From the NCBI GenBank assembly GCA_039931165.1, contig JBDTSL010000001.1:2214-66213 (forward strand): DNA of 64,000 bases, written 5' to 3'. Each line of letters opens with the position of its first letter. Position 1 is the first letter of the stretch. The stretch comes from Candidatus Doudnabacteria bacterium. Lineage in GTDB: Bacteria; Patescibacteriota; Doudnabacteria; UBA920; O2-02-FULL-48-8. The notes under the pieces were generated by a model. It worked only from the letters and a program-made list of their open reading frames with translations, was not told the origin of the DNA and searched no databases. Shown piece after piece: positions 47,111-56,524 of this stretch. The position numbers and the translations under genes are program-made.

Positions 47111-49402
47111 CTATTTCACGCTGTGTCCGCCGAACTGCTCGCGCATGGAAGAAACCAGTTTCCCGACAAAACTCTTAGTTTTTTTTGATCTCACCCGGAA
47201 CCGGAACGACTGTTCGATGATGGCGGCCGGAATTCCCAGCTCTTTGGCGGTTTTGGCGGTCCATTCGCCTTCACCTGTATAACCCACGACCCCGGATATC
47301 CCTTTCAGATTCTGGCCTCGGGCCAAAAATGCATCCTTCAGCCAGCCGACCAATCGAGATTCCACCACGCTGCCGTGATTGTATATATCAGCAACGTCGA
47401 TCAGGTTTAATTTAAACGGCGAGGCTTTCATGATGCCGAACCCTTCCGCGATAGACTGCATCATGCCGTACTCAATGCCGTTATGGACCATTTTCACGAA
47501 ATGGCCGGCGCCGGCTTTACCGAAATATTTGTAGCCATCAGGAATGGACATGGCATCGAACAACGGCCTGAGTTTTTCAAACAGATTCTCTTTGCCGCCG
47601 ATCATCAGACAGCCGCCGCGGAGCGCTCCTCCTGGGCCGCCGGAAAAACCCACGTCCATAAAATCAATGCCTTTTTTCGCGAGCAATCCGCCGCGCCGGA
47701 TGGAATCCTTATAAAACGAATTACCGCTGTCTATCACAATATCGCCCCGTTCCAAATAATCGGCTAACCCGTCCCGGCTAAACAGGACCGCATCGACTTC
47801 AGCGTGCGGCACCATCAGCCAAAAAAGTCTTGGGCGCGGCAGGGAAGCCGCGAGTTCCTTCCAGTTATTTACCGGCTTAAAATTTTTAAATCGCGATAAT
47901 TCCTCGATTGCTTGTTTGGAATGCTGATTAGTCGCGATAATTTGCCAATTTTTTTCCAAAAGCTGTATTGCCAGGTTCTTGCCCATTTTACCCAAACCGA
48001 TCATGGCAAATTTTTTATGGGCAAAATGGGGTTTGGGCAATTGATCAAACATCTGCAAAATCTTCGTATTTTTTTTATATACAGCCAGCGGCGTTGATTT
48101 TTTCTTCCAGTCGGCGATAATCGGATCAATAAATCGCCAGGAAGCGATCGCTTCACGCGAGGAGACAAACAATGTCTGGTCGCCTTCCATGGCATCCCTG
48201 ATTAGCTTGCGGTATTCGGCCACATAGCGAAGTTTGGACTCGGATTCATAGTCAAACCGCAGCTGGCGCTTTTCTAAAACCATGTCCTGCCCTTGCTTAT
48301 TCCAAAATTCTATTTCAATTCCCGGGTTTGGCTGTATCCGAAAAATAATCCGGTTTTTGAATTCCACGCCCTTCAATGTCACAACGATTTCTTTTTTCGT
48401 TTCATGCAGGTTTTTCCCAGCTTCCAGGTAAATCGGCACGTTTTGCCACCTGGGACTGTTAATGTGAGCCAATAGCTTAAAGTATGTCTCAGTATTTGAT
48501 GTCCGGGACACTCCTGGCTCTTTCTTGTAACCCTGGTATTGTCCGCGCAAGGTCTGATTTTTGATTTCGTTTTCACCAAGCAGACGCAAATGGCCGATGA
48601 CCTCGGCGCGCTTGCTGCGAATGATATGCGGATCCGGCGAATTGGGATTATCCATAGTGATCAGAGCCATCATTTGCAGCAAATGATTCTGGCCCATATC
48701 CACCAAAGCGCCGGTGGCGTCATAAAACTCGCCGCGGCTCTCGACATCGATTTCCTCCAGGGTGCGGATCTCGATCTTTTCGATGAAATTATGGTTCCAG
48801 ACGTTCTCTAGCAAATTGTTGGCAAACCTGAACGCCATAATGTCCTGCAGGATATCCTTGGCTAAATAATGGTCTATCCTGTAAATTTGATCGTCGGTGA
48901 AAAGTTTGCCCAAGAGCAAATCGAGTTCTTCGGCGTGGCGAAGATCCTTGCCGAACGGTTTTTCCACGATTATCCTGGCCCACAGGCCGGATTTGGCGCG
49001 GGTCAAACCCGACTTTGCCAGTTCCCGCAGCAATCCGTCATAAAAAATCGGAGGCGTAGCCAGATAAAATAATTTATTCCCGGCGCCTTTAAGCTTGCCG
49101 ACAAGCGACTGAAACGCGTCTTTCTGATCGAACATTCCCTGATGATAAGAAAACAATCTCAAAAAAGGGCCAATATTACCCTGGATCTTTACTTTTTTAC
49201 GCAAAGATTTTTTTAAAAGTTGGCGAAACTGTTCGTCGGAAAAAGGCCGGCGGGCAAAACCAATCACCCGAAATTTCGCGGGCAACTGTTTTTCAAGATA
49301 CAAATGGTAAAGCGCGGGCAGTAATTTGCGCTCAACCAGATCACCTGTGGCGCCGAAGATCACCAAAACCGTCGGTTCTTTAATGCTCTTGCGTATTGCC
49401 AT
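47111..49402 (-). CDS. zwf-gnd: Fused glucose-6-phosphate 1-dehydrogenase (N-terminal ~470 aa) and 6-phosphogluconate dehydrogenase, decarboxylating, short form (C-terminal ~290 aa)
   Basis: The Zwf part has NADP site GATGDLVERKLLPAL, signature RIDHYLAKD and EKPFG. The Gnd part has Rossmann MIGLGKMGKNLA, VIDSGNS, DVGFSGG and GAGHFVKMVHNGIEYGMMQ. It is one uninterrupted ORF. Confidence 0.85.
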   Translation of the reverse strand: MAIRKSIKEPTVLVIFGATGDLVERKLLPALYHLYLEKQLPAKFRVIGFARRPFSDEQFRQLLKKSLRKKVKIQGNIGPFLRLFSYHQGMFDQKDAFQSLVGKLKGAGNKLFYLATPPIFYDGLLRELAKSGLTRAKSGLWARIIVEKPFGKDLRHAEELDLLLGKLFTDDQIYRIDHYLAKDILQDIMAFRFANNLLENVWNHNFIEKIEIRTLEEIDVESRGEFYDATGALVDMGQNHLLQMMALITMDNPNSPDPHIIRSKRAEVIGHLRLLGENEIKNQTLRGQYQGYKKEPGVSRTSNTETYFKLLAHINSPRWQNVPIYLEAGKNLHETKKEIVVTLKGVEFKNRIIFRIQPNPGIEIEFWNKQGQDMVLEKRQLRFDYESESKLRYVAEYRKLIRDAMEGDQTLFVSSREAIASWRFIDPIIADWKKKSTPLAVYKKNTKILQMFDQLPKPHFAHKKFAMIGLGKMGKNLAIQLLEKNWQIIATNQHSKQAIEELSRFKNFKPVNNWKELAASLPRPRLFWLMVPHAEVDAVLFSRDGLADYLERGDIVIDSGNSFYKDSIRRGGLLAKKGIDFMDVGFSGGPGGALRGGCLMIGGKENLFEKLRPLFDAMSIPDGYKYFGKAGAGHFVKMVHNGIEYGMMQSIAEGFGIMKASPFKLNLIDVADIYNHGSVVESRLVGWLKDAFLARGQNLKGISGVVGYTGEGEWTAKTAKELGIPAAIIEQSFRFRVRSKKTKSFVGKLVSSMREQFGGHSVK

Positions 49403-49437
49403 ATAAAGTATATTAGCATAAAATGTGTAAGTAATTC

Positions 49438-50046
49438 ATGTCTACACTGCCGAAATCGATCCAGAATCTGATCAACGAATTTTCCAAACTACCGGGCATC
49501 GGGCCGAAAACCGCTTCCCGCCTGGCTTTTTATTTGCTCAAAACCCCCAACATCGACCTTCAAAGTTTTGCCCAGGCCGTAGCGGAGTTGCAAAAAAATA
49601 TTATTTATTGCTCGACCTGCTTTAACATGGCCGAATCAGACCCCTGCAAAATTTGCGCCGATTCAAAGCGCGACCATGATCTGATCTGCGTGGTGGAAGA
49701 CCCGTTGGATGTGGTGGCCATGGATCAGATCTCCAATTTTAACGGCGTCTACCATGTCTTGGGCGGAGTTATCTCGCCGCTCGACGGCATGGGGCCGGAT
49801 AATCTTAAAATCACCGAGTTGCTGGCACGATTGTCGGCGCCGGGAGCAAAAGAAATTATCCTGACCACCAATCCTTCGCTGGAAGGCGAAGCCACAGCCA
49901 TGTACATTGCCAAGCAACTGCGGCAGGCGCAATTTTCGCATATAAAAGTCACTCGCATCGCCAGAGGCCTTCCTTCCGGCGCGGATCTGGAATACACAGA
50001 CGAATATACTTTGAGCAAAGCCATCGAAGGCCGCCGGGAATATTAG
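49438..50046 (+). CDS. recR: Recombination protein RecR
   Basis: HhH motif LPGIGPKTASRLAF, C4 zinc finger CSTCFNMAESDPCKICAD, and a Toprim domain. Confidence 0.9.
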   Translation: MSTLPKSIQNLINEFSKLPGIGPKTASRLAFYLLKTPNIDLQSFAQAVAELQKNIIYCSTCFNMAESDPCKICADSKRDHDLICVVEDPLDVVAMDQISNFNGVYHVLGGVISPLDGMGPDNLKITELLARLSAPGAKEIILTTNPSLEGEATAMYIAKQLRQAQFSHIKVTRIARGLPSGADLEYTDEYTLSKAIEGRREY

Positions 50047-50097
50047 AAATAAAAAAGAGGCTCTGGCTAAAGATAGCCAGGGCCGTGCCGAATCCGG

Positions 50098-50289
50098 TCA
50101 TGAGAAACCGAAAATTCGGGCGTATTTCGAGAGAAAAAACATAGTTGTGTTCAAACGACGGCGGATCGCTTCGATCGGGCCTTCAATGTCAAACAAATAA
50201 CAGAGGATCTCAACCGGTGCCAGCATTATCAGAAACACGTGCCTGGCCGAGGCAAAAGCCAATACAAGTAAGATCGCAAACAAGACCAT
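50098..50289 (-). CDS. Hypothetical small membrane protein
   Basis: 63 aa hydrophobic ORF in a compositionally GC-richer patch. Weak. Confidence 0.25.
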   Translation of the reverse strand: MVLFAILLVLAFASARHVFLIMLAPVEILCYLFDIEGPIEAIRRRLNTTMFFLSKYARIFGFS

Positions 50290-50319
50290 CGCACCTCAAT
50301 GTGTGATCCGGAAGTGATC

Positions 50320-50562
50320 TTACTCGTTCTTGTGGAAACCCTTGACGTGACGTGCGTGATGAGCACGACAATCCACTTCCGTGATTCGCCGCGTGGCAAA
50401 GTCCGTCGCTTCTGCCAATAACTTCCTGGCGTCCTCATCGGTGCGAGAACTAAGTTGCTGCGCACTAACCCCGCTGTTGCGCAAGTATTCTTCGAAGTAC
50501 TGGCGTCTCAGGGCACTGTGCGGATCTTCCATCGGATGCACATCATCAAGACGATCAACCAT
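50320..50562 (-). CDS. Hypothetical protein
   Basis: 80 aa, Arg/Asp-rich, in the same GC-richer patch directly downstream of rplU, where rpmA normally lies. Confidence 0.3.
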   Translation of the reverse strand: MVDRLDDVHPMEDPHSALRRQYFEEYLRNSGVSAQQLSSRTDEDARKLLAEATDFATRRITEVDCRAHHARHVKGFHKNE

Positions 50563-50641
50563 GAAACCCTCCTTGGTATCTGGCGTTAAATTCTGAAAAC
50601 AAAAAGAAACTGCAAAAAACCATTCGCAGTTTCCTTTTATT

Positions 50642-50950
50642 TTAAGTAATGGATTGTATTTCGACGATCGTCTGCGACTGCCTGTGTCCCTGTTTTCTGC
50701 GGTAGCGCGATTTGGCGCGGTATTTGAAGACGATCAGCTTCTCACCCCGGCCTTGGGACAAAACTTTGCCGGTAACTTTAGTGCCGGTTATATAAGGCTT
50801 GCCCAAATTCACTTTCGAATCATTGGCTACGAGCAAAACCTTATCAAAGGTAACAGAATCCCCTTCATTTGCTATTAGTTTTTCAACTATAACTTTGTCT
50901 TTCGGGGCAACCAGATACTGCTTGCCGCCTGTTTCTATTACTGCCTGCAT
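50642..50950 (-). CDS. rplU: 50S ribosomal protein L21
   Basis: 102 aa reading MQAVIETGGKQYLVAPKDKVIVEKL...KVLLV. Confidence 0.9.
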   Translation of the reverse strand: MQAVIETGGKQYLVAPKDKVIVEKLIANEGDSVTFDKVLLVANDSKVNLGKPYITGTKVTGKVLSQGRGEKLIVFKYRAKSRYRRKQGHRQSQTIVEIQSIT

Positions 50951-51073
50951 AGATTTTCTTTCATCTTATTCTCCCCTTTCAGGGAGATGTCCGCAAAGCG
51001 GACAGAGAGGTATATTCTGGGTCAGTTAATTACCAAAAAAGTTTAGCAAAAAACACTGAACTGGTCAAGGCGG

Positions 51074-51526
51074 TTATTTAAAAAATACCCAATCCCCGAC
51101 CTTGATCCCATTTTTCGCACTCCAGCCGGCGTTGACTTCGATTGTCGAATCAACCGGCACAGATGGCATATACCTTATCAGATCAGCGTCCGCGGCATCA
51201 GGTTGTGGCAAAACATTTGGGGTAATTTCAACCACTTTTCCATTGCGGACCCAGATGAAATCCAGAGGTATCATGGTATCCTTCATCCAGAAAGCTACTT
51301 GGCCCGGGGTTTGGAATATGAAAATCATGCCGTCATTTTCCGGCATCGAAGCGCGACCGCCCAGGCCTTGGGCCTGCTCTTGTGGTGTTCGCGCCACATC
51401 AACATTCAGCACATGACCCGCTATTGTTACATTTGGGGTAATTTGTTTGTTGCAGCTCGCTGCCAAAAAAACCAGAGGGATTAAAATTAAAACTATTTTA
51501 ATTTTACTAAAGCCAATTTTTTTCAT
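51074..51526 (-). CDS. DUF192-family protein with lipoprotein-like signal
   Basis: Motif MKDTMIPLDFIWV and a signal peptide ending LAASC. Start chosen at MKKIGF so the upstream repeat element is not translated; the track ORF extends to 51568. Confidence 0.55.
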   Translation of the reverse strand: MKKIGFSKIKIVLILIPLVFLAASCNKQITPNVTIAGHVLNVDVARTPQEQAQGLGGRASMPENDGMIFIFQTPGQVAFWMKDTMIPLDFIWVRNGKVVEITPNVLPQPDAADADLIRYMPSVPVDSTIEVNAGWSAKNGIKVGDWVFFK

Positions 51527-51539
51527 AATCTTATTTGTC

Positions 51540-51646
51540 TTTGCGAGGCTTCCAAAAGCATGAACCAAGGCCGAAGCAATCTCTTTCCCAAAGATTAGAT
51601 TGCTTCGTCGCCCTGTACCGAGCGCCGGTACAGGGCTCCTCGCAAA
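51540..51646 (+). repeat. Family-1 structured intergenic element, copy c
   Basis: Outer pair TTTGCGAGG/CCTCGCAAA. Inside it, CGAAGCAATCT pairs with AGATTGCTTCG, then a hairpin CCTGTACCG-AGCG-CCGGTACAGG, then GCTCCTCGCAAA. Confidence 0.6.
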
Positions 51647-51666
51647 GGCGACTTATTAAAAATTAT

Positions 51667-52737
51667 TTATTCAGAACGTTTATTTTTTTCTTTAAACGCG
51701 CTGTAAATCGAAGCGATGATCGCCAGCATGACCAGAATTAGAATGACCAGGGCTATGAGCTTGCCGCGGGACTGTAAAAATAATGCCGAAACTCCAAAAA
51801 TTCCGGTCAAAGCATAGAGAAACAGCACGGCCTGCGGTTCGGATAACCCTACCTCCAGCAGTTTAAAGTGCAAATGCTTGCGGTCTCCGGAAAACGGCGA
51901 TTGTCCGGCTCGCAATCTTTGGAACACCACCCAGACCATATCCAACAGAGGAATGCCCATGACCAGAAGCGCTGTGGCGATCTTGCCGCCGGAAACGATG
52001 GCCAATACTGCCAGCATAAAACCGGCAAAAGTGGATCCCGACTCGCCCAAAAATATTTTGGCCGGATAAAAATTAAGGATCAAAAACCCGGCCAAGCTGC
52101 CGGCAAAAGTGACTGCCAACAGAGCGGTCTGCGGCTGATTGACTTGGGGAGTGAGAGAAAGACCAAACAATATCAAAGCTGAGATGGCTGCAACTCCTGT
52201 GACCAGCCCGTCTATTCCGTCCAAAAGTTTGGTGGTATAAGTTATGGTCAATGTCCATACAAATACGACCAGACCCGACACCAGAGGCAGGCCAAACAGT
52301 TTTAAATTATCCAACAAGATGATGCCGTTATTGAAAGGATTATGCACGCTGACAGCCGTGACACCCGAAGTCACGATCGCTAAACCAGCCAAGGCTGGAA
52401 ATAAAATCGAGTATTTCGGCGGCAACCGGTAACGCTCGTCCAGATAGCCTCCAAACATCAGTATTGCCCCTCCTGCCCAGATCCCGGCCAAAACCTTCAG
52501 CGGAATATTGCCATGCAATAAATATCCGCCAAATATTCCCACTGCCAGCGTAACCAGGAAAAAACTTCCATATACCGCTATTCCGCCCAAAGTCGGAGTT
52601 GCCTGCTTATGAAACCGGCGCTCGGTGTCCGGAAAATCCAAAATTTTGCGCCGCACCGCCATGCGGAATACCAAAACCGTGCCGATGAAAGAAACGACAA
52701 ACGCCGAAGCAAACGAAGCAATATAAATAAAATTCAT
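51667..52737 (-). CDS. Polyprenyl-phosphate N-acetylhexosamine-1-phosphate transferase (WecA/TagO-like, MraY superfamily)
   Basis: Polytopic. Has the LLDGIDGLV motif and Asp-rich cytoplasmic loops. Start chosen at MNFIYIASF (52737), abutting the upstream GT2 stop. Confidence 0.7.
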   Translation of the reverse strand: MNFIYIASFASAFVVSFIGTVLVFRMAVRRKILDFPDTERRFHKQATPTLGGIAVYGSFFLVTLAVGIFGGYLLHGNIPLKVLAGIWAGGAILMFGGYLDERYRLPPKYSILFPALAGLAIVTSGVTAVSVHNPFNNGIILLDNLKLFGLPLVSGLVVFVWTLTITYTTKLLDGIDGLVTGVAAISALILFGLSLTPQVNQPQTALLAVTFAGSLAGFLILNFYPAKIFLGESGSTFAGFMLAVLAIVSGGKIATALLVMGIPLLDMVWVVFQRLRAGQSPFSGDRKHLHFKLLEVGLSEPQAVLFLYALTGIFGVSALFLQSRGKLIALVILILVMLAIIASIYSAFKEKNKRSE

Positions 52738-54389
52738 ATTTTCTCGGTTAATGGGACCTCGTGCTTGCGGACCTTTGGCGTGACAAAAAATTCCATATAT
52801 TTTCCGAGCATCATCCGGGTCTGGGCATCGATCGCGGGCAGGGACCCGAACAACGATGAAACGATCGGGCTTAGGATCCACTGCCAGACCATGGAAAAGG
52901 ATTTCCACCGGCTGTATTCTTTCGGCCTCGGGGGCAGCAGAACCAAACTGACATACATGGAAAAGATCAGAAAAAAAGTGGCTATGGTCATTATCCCACG
53001 GGTCAGCTGAGGCAAATTAAGCGCCAGCACCGTGGTCCCGAAACGCTCCCCGCCAAAGATCAGCGGCAGCCAGCCCAGCACTGCTATCATGATCGAGGCA
53101 GTGGCCCAAAAATAATGGCCTTCGACCAGCCTTTCGCCCCAGAGCAATTTTTTCCAAAGCGGAATTTTATGATTTTTTATGAATTCAGGAATGACCATGG
53201 GAATTTCCGTACAGCCCCATGCCCAGCGCCGCTTTTGTTTGTACAGGGCAAGCAAGGTGCCTGTGTACGTACTGGCGAGCACGGCGTCCATGGATACGGT
53301 GCTGAACAGAGGCTTGCTCCGGTAATCGCCATTAAAATGAAGGAAACACTGCCAGAAAATATGCGAGTCGTCGGGAATAATGTCAGTTCGCCAAAATCCC
53401 ACATCCACCAAAGTTTTGAAACTCATAGCGTGCGACGAAAAGGTGATCAACCTATCCGGCCTCGATGCTTCCACCAGCTGCCAGAACGAGGACGAACTGG
53501 CTATCACTCTTGCCACAGCCGGCGAATCCCAGATGTTGTTGTGGAACATAGGCATGGGTTGGTAGCTTGATTGCAGAGGTTTTGCCGCGGTCAGAAAATC
53601 ATAGGTCAAATGGGCGAAGTAATTTTTCGAGATCGTGGTATCGGAATCAAAAGCGGAAACTATGACATCTTCATAAGAAATATTCGTCTCATCGATGAAT
53701 TTTTGCCCGAGCTTGGCCGCATGAGTGATGTTGGCGCCTTTAACCTTGGCTTCCCCGACTACCCCGTCCGGGTGCTTGGAAATGACAAATTTATGAAAAC
53801 TGTTCTGATATTTCTCAAAAAGTTTTTTGGCTTTTTGTTCGGCTTCAGTGCCGGCCCGCTCCTCGGTGGCCAGAACAAAAATGATCTTCGAATGGTCATA
53901 CCGAGCCCCGGCGTATGAAGATATCGAGCTATCGAGCAGTTCAAAATTTTCATTAAAAGTCGCCAAAATAACCATATGGTAAATACGGGTAAAATCAAAG
54001 TTGCGATCTGAAGGCAAACCATCCAGGCATTCGATCTGTTGACGGTATAGTCCGCGAAGGCTATTTCTCGGATCGGTGATCAAAGCCTGGGACAAATAAG
54101 CCTTGAATGTCTCCGGATTTTTCAGCCTATTGATCCAGTCAAACCAGTCGATCTGGTTGTGAGTTTTCAGCTCATTATAAGAGTGCAACAAATGCAAGGC
54201 GACATTCGCGCCTTTCAGAAACCAAAAGAGGTCAAACAAAATAATATAAACGGATATCCAAACCGGATGGAAATAAGCCAGTACCGGAGCTCCAAGCAAA
54301 GTCGTCCAGGTCAGAACCCCGGGAAATATTTCCAAAAAACGGACCAAGGGCGTCTTTTTAATCGAAGTTGTATTACCGGGCATTTGCAT
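52734..54389 (-). CDS. Processive family-2 glycosyltransferase (polysaccharide synthase-like) with C-terminal TM domain
   Basis: DXD in VSAFDSDTT, a Q(K)RRW motif in KQKRRWAWG, and multiple C-terminal TM helices. Confidence 0.65.
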   Translation of the reverse strand: MQMPGNTTSIKKTPLVRFLEIFPGVLTWTTLLGAPVLAYFHPVWISVYIILFDLFWFLKGANVALHLLHSYNELKTHNQIDWFDWINRLKNPETFKAYLSQALITDPRNSLRGLYRQQIECLDGLPSDRNFDFTRIYHMVILATFNENFELLDSSISSYAGARYDHSKIIFVLATEERAGTEAEQKAKKLFEKYQNSFHKFVISKHPDGVVGEAKVKGANITHAAKLGQKFIDETNISYEDVIVSAFDSDTTISKNYFAHLTYDFLTAAKPLQSSYQPMPMFHNNIWDSPAVARVIASSSSFWQLVEASRPDRLITFSSHAMSFKTLVDVGFWRTDIIPDDSHIFWQCFLHFNGDYRSKPLFSTVSMDAVLASTYTGTLLALYKQKRRWAWGCTEIPMVIPEFIKNHKIPLWKKLLWGERLVEGHYFWATASIMIAVLGWLPLIFGGERFGTTVLALNLPQLTRGIMTIATFFLIFSMYVSLVLLPPRPKEYSRWKSFSMVWQWILSPIVSSLFGSLPAIDAQTRMMLGKYMEFFVTPKVRKHEVPLTEKI

Positions 54390-54792
54390 TTATCAAAACT
54401 ATGCTGGCGACGAGGAAAATCAACTGAATGGCGATAGAAGAAATTACCAGAAAATACGCGGCCAGTTTTTCTTTACGGTAAAAAACGGAAGCCGCGGCCA
54501 TATTGATCATAAGCAGGATCAGGGCAAGTAAAGGGATCCAGTAAATGTACAAGGCTTTTTGGACCAGATCAGTGCCATAAACCACGCTGTAATGCAACAG
54601 GATAGGGGCATCTGAGGTCTTTATCTTGCTCAGCAATATCAACCAATGTATAATATTTAAAAGGCCTGCTATCCCCAAACTGTAATAGTTCATAGGTTCA
54701 GCCAGGAATGATTTTATTGGGTCTGAGGACCTGCGAAAAACCGCATTCAATTTGCTCCTCAGCGCTTCGCCAGGTATCGCAAATCTGTTCAT
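54373..54792 (-). CDS. Hypothetical four-TM membrane protein
   Basis: 139 aa hydrophobic protein in an operon with the GT2 synthase. Confidence 0.4.
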   Translation of the reverse strand: MNRFAIPGEALRSKLNAVFRRSSDPIKSFLAEPMNYYSLGIAGLLNIIHWLILLSKIKTSDAPILLHYSVVYGTDLVQKALYIYWIPLLALILLMINMAAASVFYRKEKLAAYFLVISSIAIQLIFLVASIVLINANAR

Positions 54793-54877
54793 GATCTTGA
54801 TTAAATTACGCTTAAAATCACCGCGTTTTCAGCAACAAACATTAGGGTAATTATACCGCTTTTGCCGTAAACTTTCA

Positions 54878-56524
54878 ATGAAAAATTTCTTCAAATCAAA
54901 CTGGGTTTTGCTCTTGATTTTGGCTTTGGCTTTGTTCTTCCGTTTTTGGCAGATCGGACATCTGCCCGGTGGCCTGTTCCCGGATGAGGCGGCCAACGGT
55001 TTGGACGTCAATTCCATATTACACGGCCACCTCCAGCCTTTTTACGAACGCGGCAACGGACGGGAAGCGCTGTTTTTTTACTTTGAAGCGTTTTCGGTTT
55101 TACTCTTCGGCCCGGGGGTATGGCAATTCCATATAGTCTCCGCCGCGTTTGGCTTTGCCGCCGTTCTAGCGGCTTACTTTTTGGCCAAAAAAATGTTCGG
55201 AAAAAGGGTGGCTTTGCTGTCCGCATTGTTCATGGCAGTGTCAAGTTATGCTGTGATTATCTCGCGCACGGCTTTTAGGGCAAACGCGGTGCCGCTTTTC
55301 AGTACCCTGACCCTTCTGTTTCTGGTAAAATTTTTTTCCGCCCAAGGCGGACAAAACTCCAAAGAAAAATATTGGTCCGCGGCACTGGCCGGAATCTCTT
55401 TCGGGTTGGGTTTTTATACTTATATTTCGTTCAGAATGATGCTGCCTTTGGTGGTCGGTTTTCTGATTATATTGGCAATTGGATTTAGGAGCGAACTGCG
55501 CGAGAAATGGCGCGAGTATGCCAAATACAAAGCTGCGTTTATAGCCGCTTTCTTGCTGGCGATTTCCTGGATCGCGGTTTATTTCATCCAAAATCCTAAA
55601 AGTTTCGTCGGCCGAGCCGGCGGTGTTTCGGTCTTTAATGAAGAACTTAACCATGGAGATCTGATCGGCACAATAATTCTGGTTTTCAAAAAAACTTTTT
55701 TGAGCTTTTTTACCCATGGCGATATTATTTGGCGGCATAACGTCTCCGGATTTCCGTTCCTGTCTCCCCTGCTCAGCCCGTTCTTTGCCTTGGCTGTGAT
55801 CTGGTTTACGATCTCGCTTTTCCGCCTGCTCAAACAGGTCTGGGACCAAAAAATTCAGGAACAGACCGTTTATCAGGCTCTGCTGGCATGCTGGTTTTGG
55901 TTCATGCTGGTCCCCGAACTTGCTACCGCCGAAGGCATCCCCCACGGCTTGCGGCTTACGGGTGTCATACCTGTCATATTCATTCTGGCCGCTTGGGGTG
56001 TCAATTGGTTTTGGGAAAGAATGCCTCACAAGGATTATCTGAAAGCGGAAAAAACCCTAGTAGCCGTAATTTTTGTTTCGGGATTGATCATCTACAACTT
56101 CCTATTATATTTCGGCCTGGCCGCTTCATCTGCCGGATATTACTACGCGTTCCGCTCCGACCTGACCGATGTCAGCAACTATCTCAACCAAAGAAACATG
56201 AAAGACAGGACTTATCTGACCCTTGATACATTTTCAGTCCAGACCACGGATTATCTTACGACCGACTTTAACCAGCCGTATATTTTGGTGGATCCGGCCC
56301 ATGCCTTTGAAGTAAAACTAAAAACGGGCGACCAGGTCGTATTTACAATGAGCACGCTGTTTGACAGCAAGAAATTCTGTGAATCCCATCCGACCGCAAA
56401 ATTGGTGCAAAAAAACGTAAACCAGTTCGGATTGGTCTCCATGGCTGTTTATGAAGACAGGAATATTTCCGGCGATGTCTGCGAGCCTTCTGGCAATCCC
56501 GGATTTAACACCAACCCAAGCTAA
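54878..56524 (+). CDS. GT39/GT83-family (ArnT/PMT-like) membrane glycosyltransferase
   Basis: First-loop motif HLPGGLFPDEAAN (the DE motif of GT-C enzymes). 548 aa, polytopic. Confidence 0.6.
   Translation: MKNFFKSNWVLLLILALALFFRFWQIGHLPGGLFPDEAANGLDVNSILHGHLQPFYERGNGREALFFYFEAFSVLLFGPGVWQFHIVSAAFGFAAVLAAYFLAKKMFGKRVALLSALFMAVSSYAVIISRTAFRANAVPLFSTLTLLFLVKFFSAQGGQNSKEKYWSAALAGISFGLGFYTYISFRMMLPLVVGFLIILAIGFRSELREKWREYAKYKAAFIAAFLLAISWIAVYFIQNPKSFVGRAGGVSVFNEELNHGDLIGTIILVFKKTFLSFFTHGDIIWRHNVSGFPFLSPLLSPFFALAVIWFTISLFRLLKQVWDQKIQEQTVYQALLACWFWFMLVPELATAEGIPHGLRLTGVIPVIFILAAWGVNWFWERMPHKDYLKAEKTLVAVIFVSGLIIYNFLLYFGLAASSAGYYYAFRSDLTDVSNYLNQRNMKDRTYLTLDTFSVQTTDYLTTDFNQPYILVDPAHAFEVKLKTGDQVVFTMSTLFDSKKFCESHPTAKLVQKNVNQFGLVSMAVYEDRNISGDVCEPSGNPGFNTNPS

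Noticed and set aside
55241-56029. 262-aa minus-strand ORF
   Set aside because: Antisense inside the GT39-like gene. Basic low-complexity shadow ORF.
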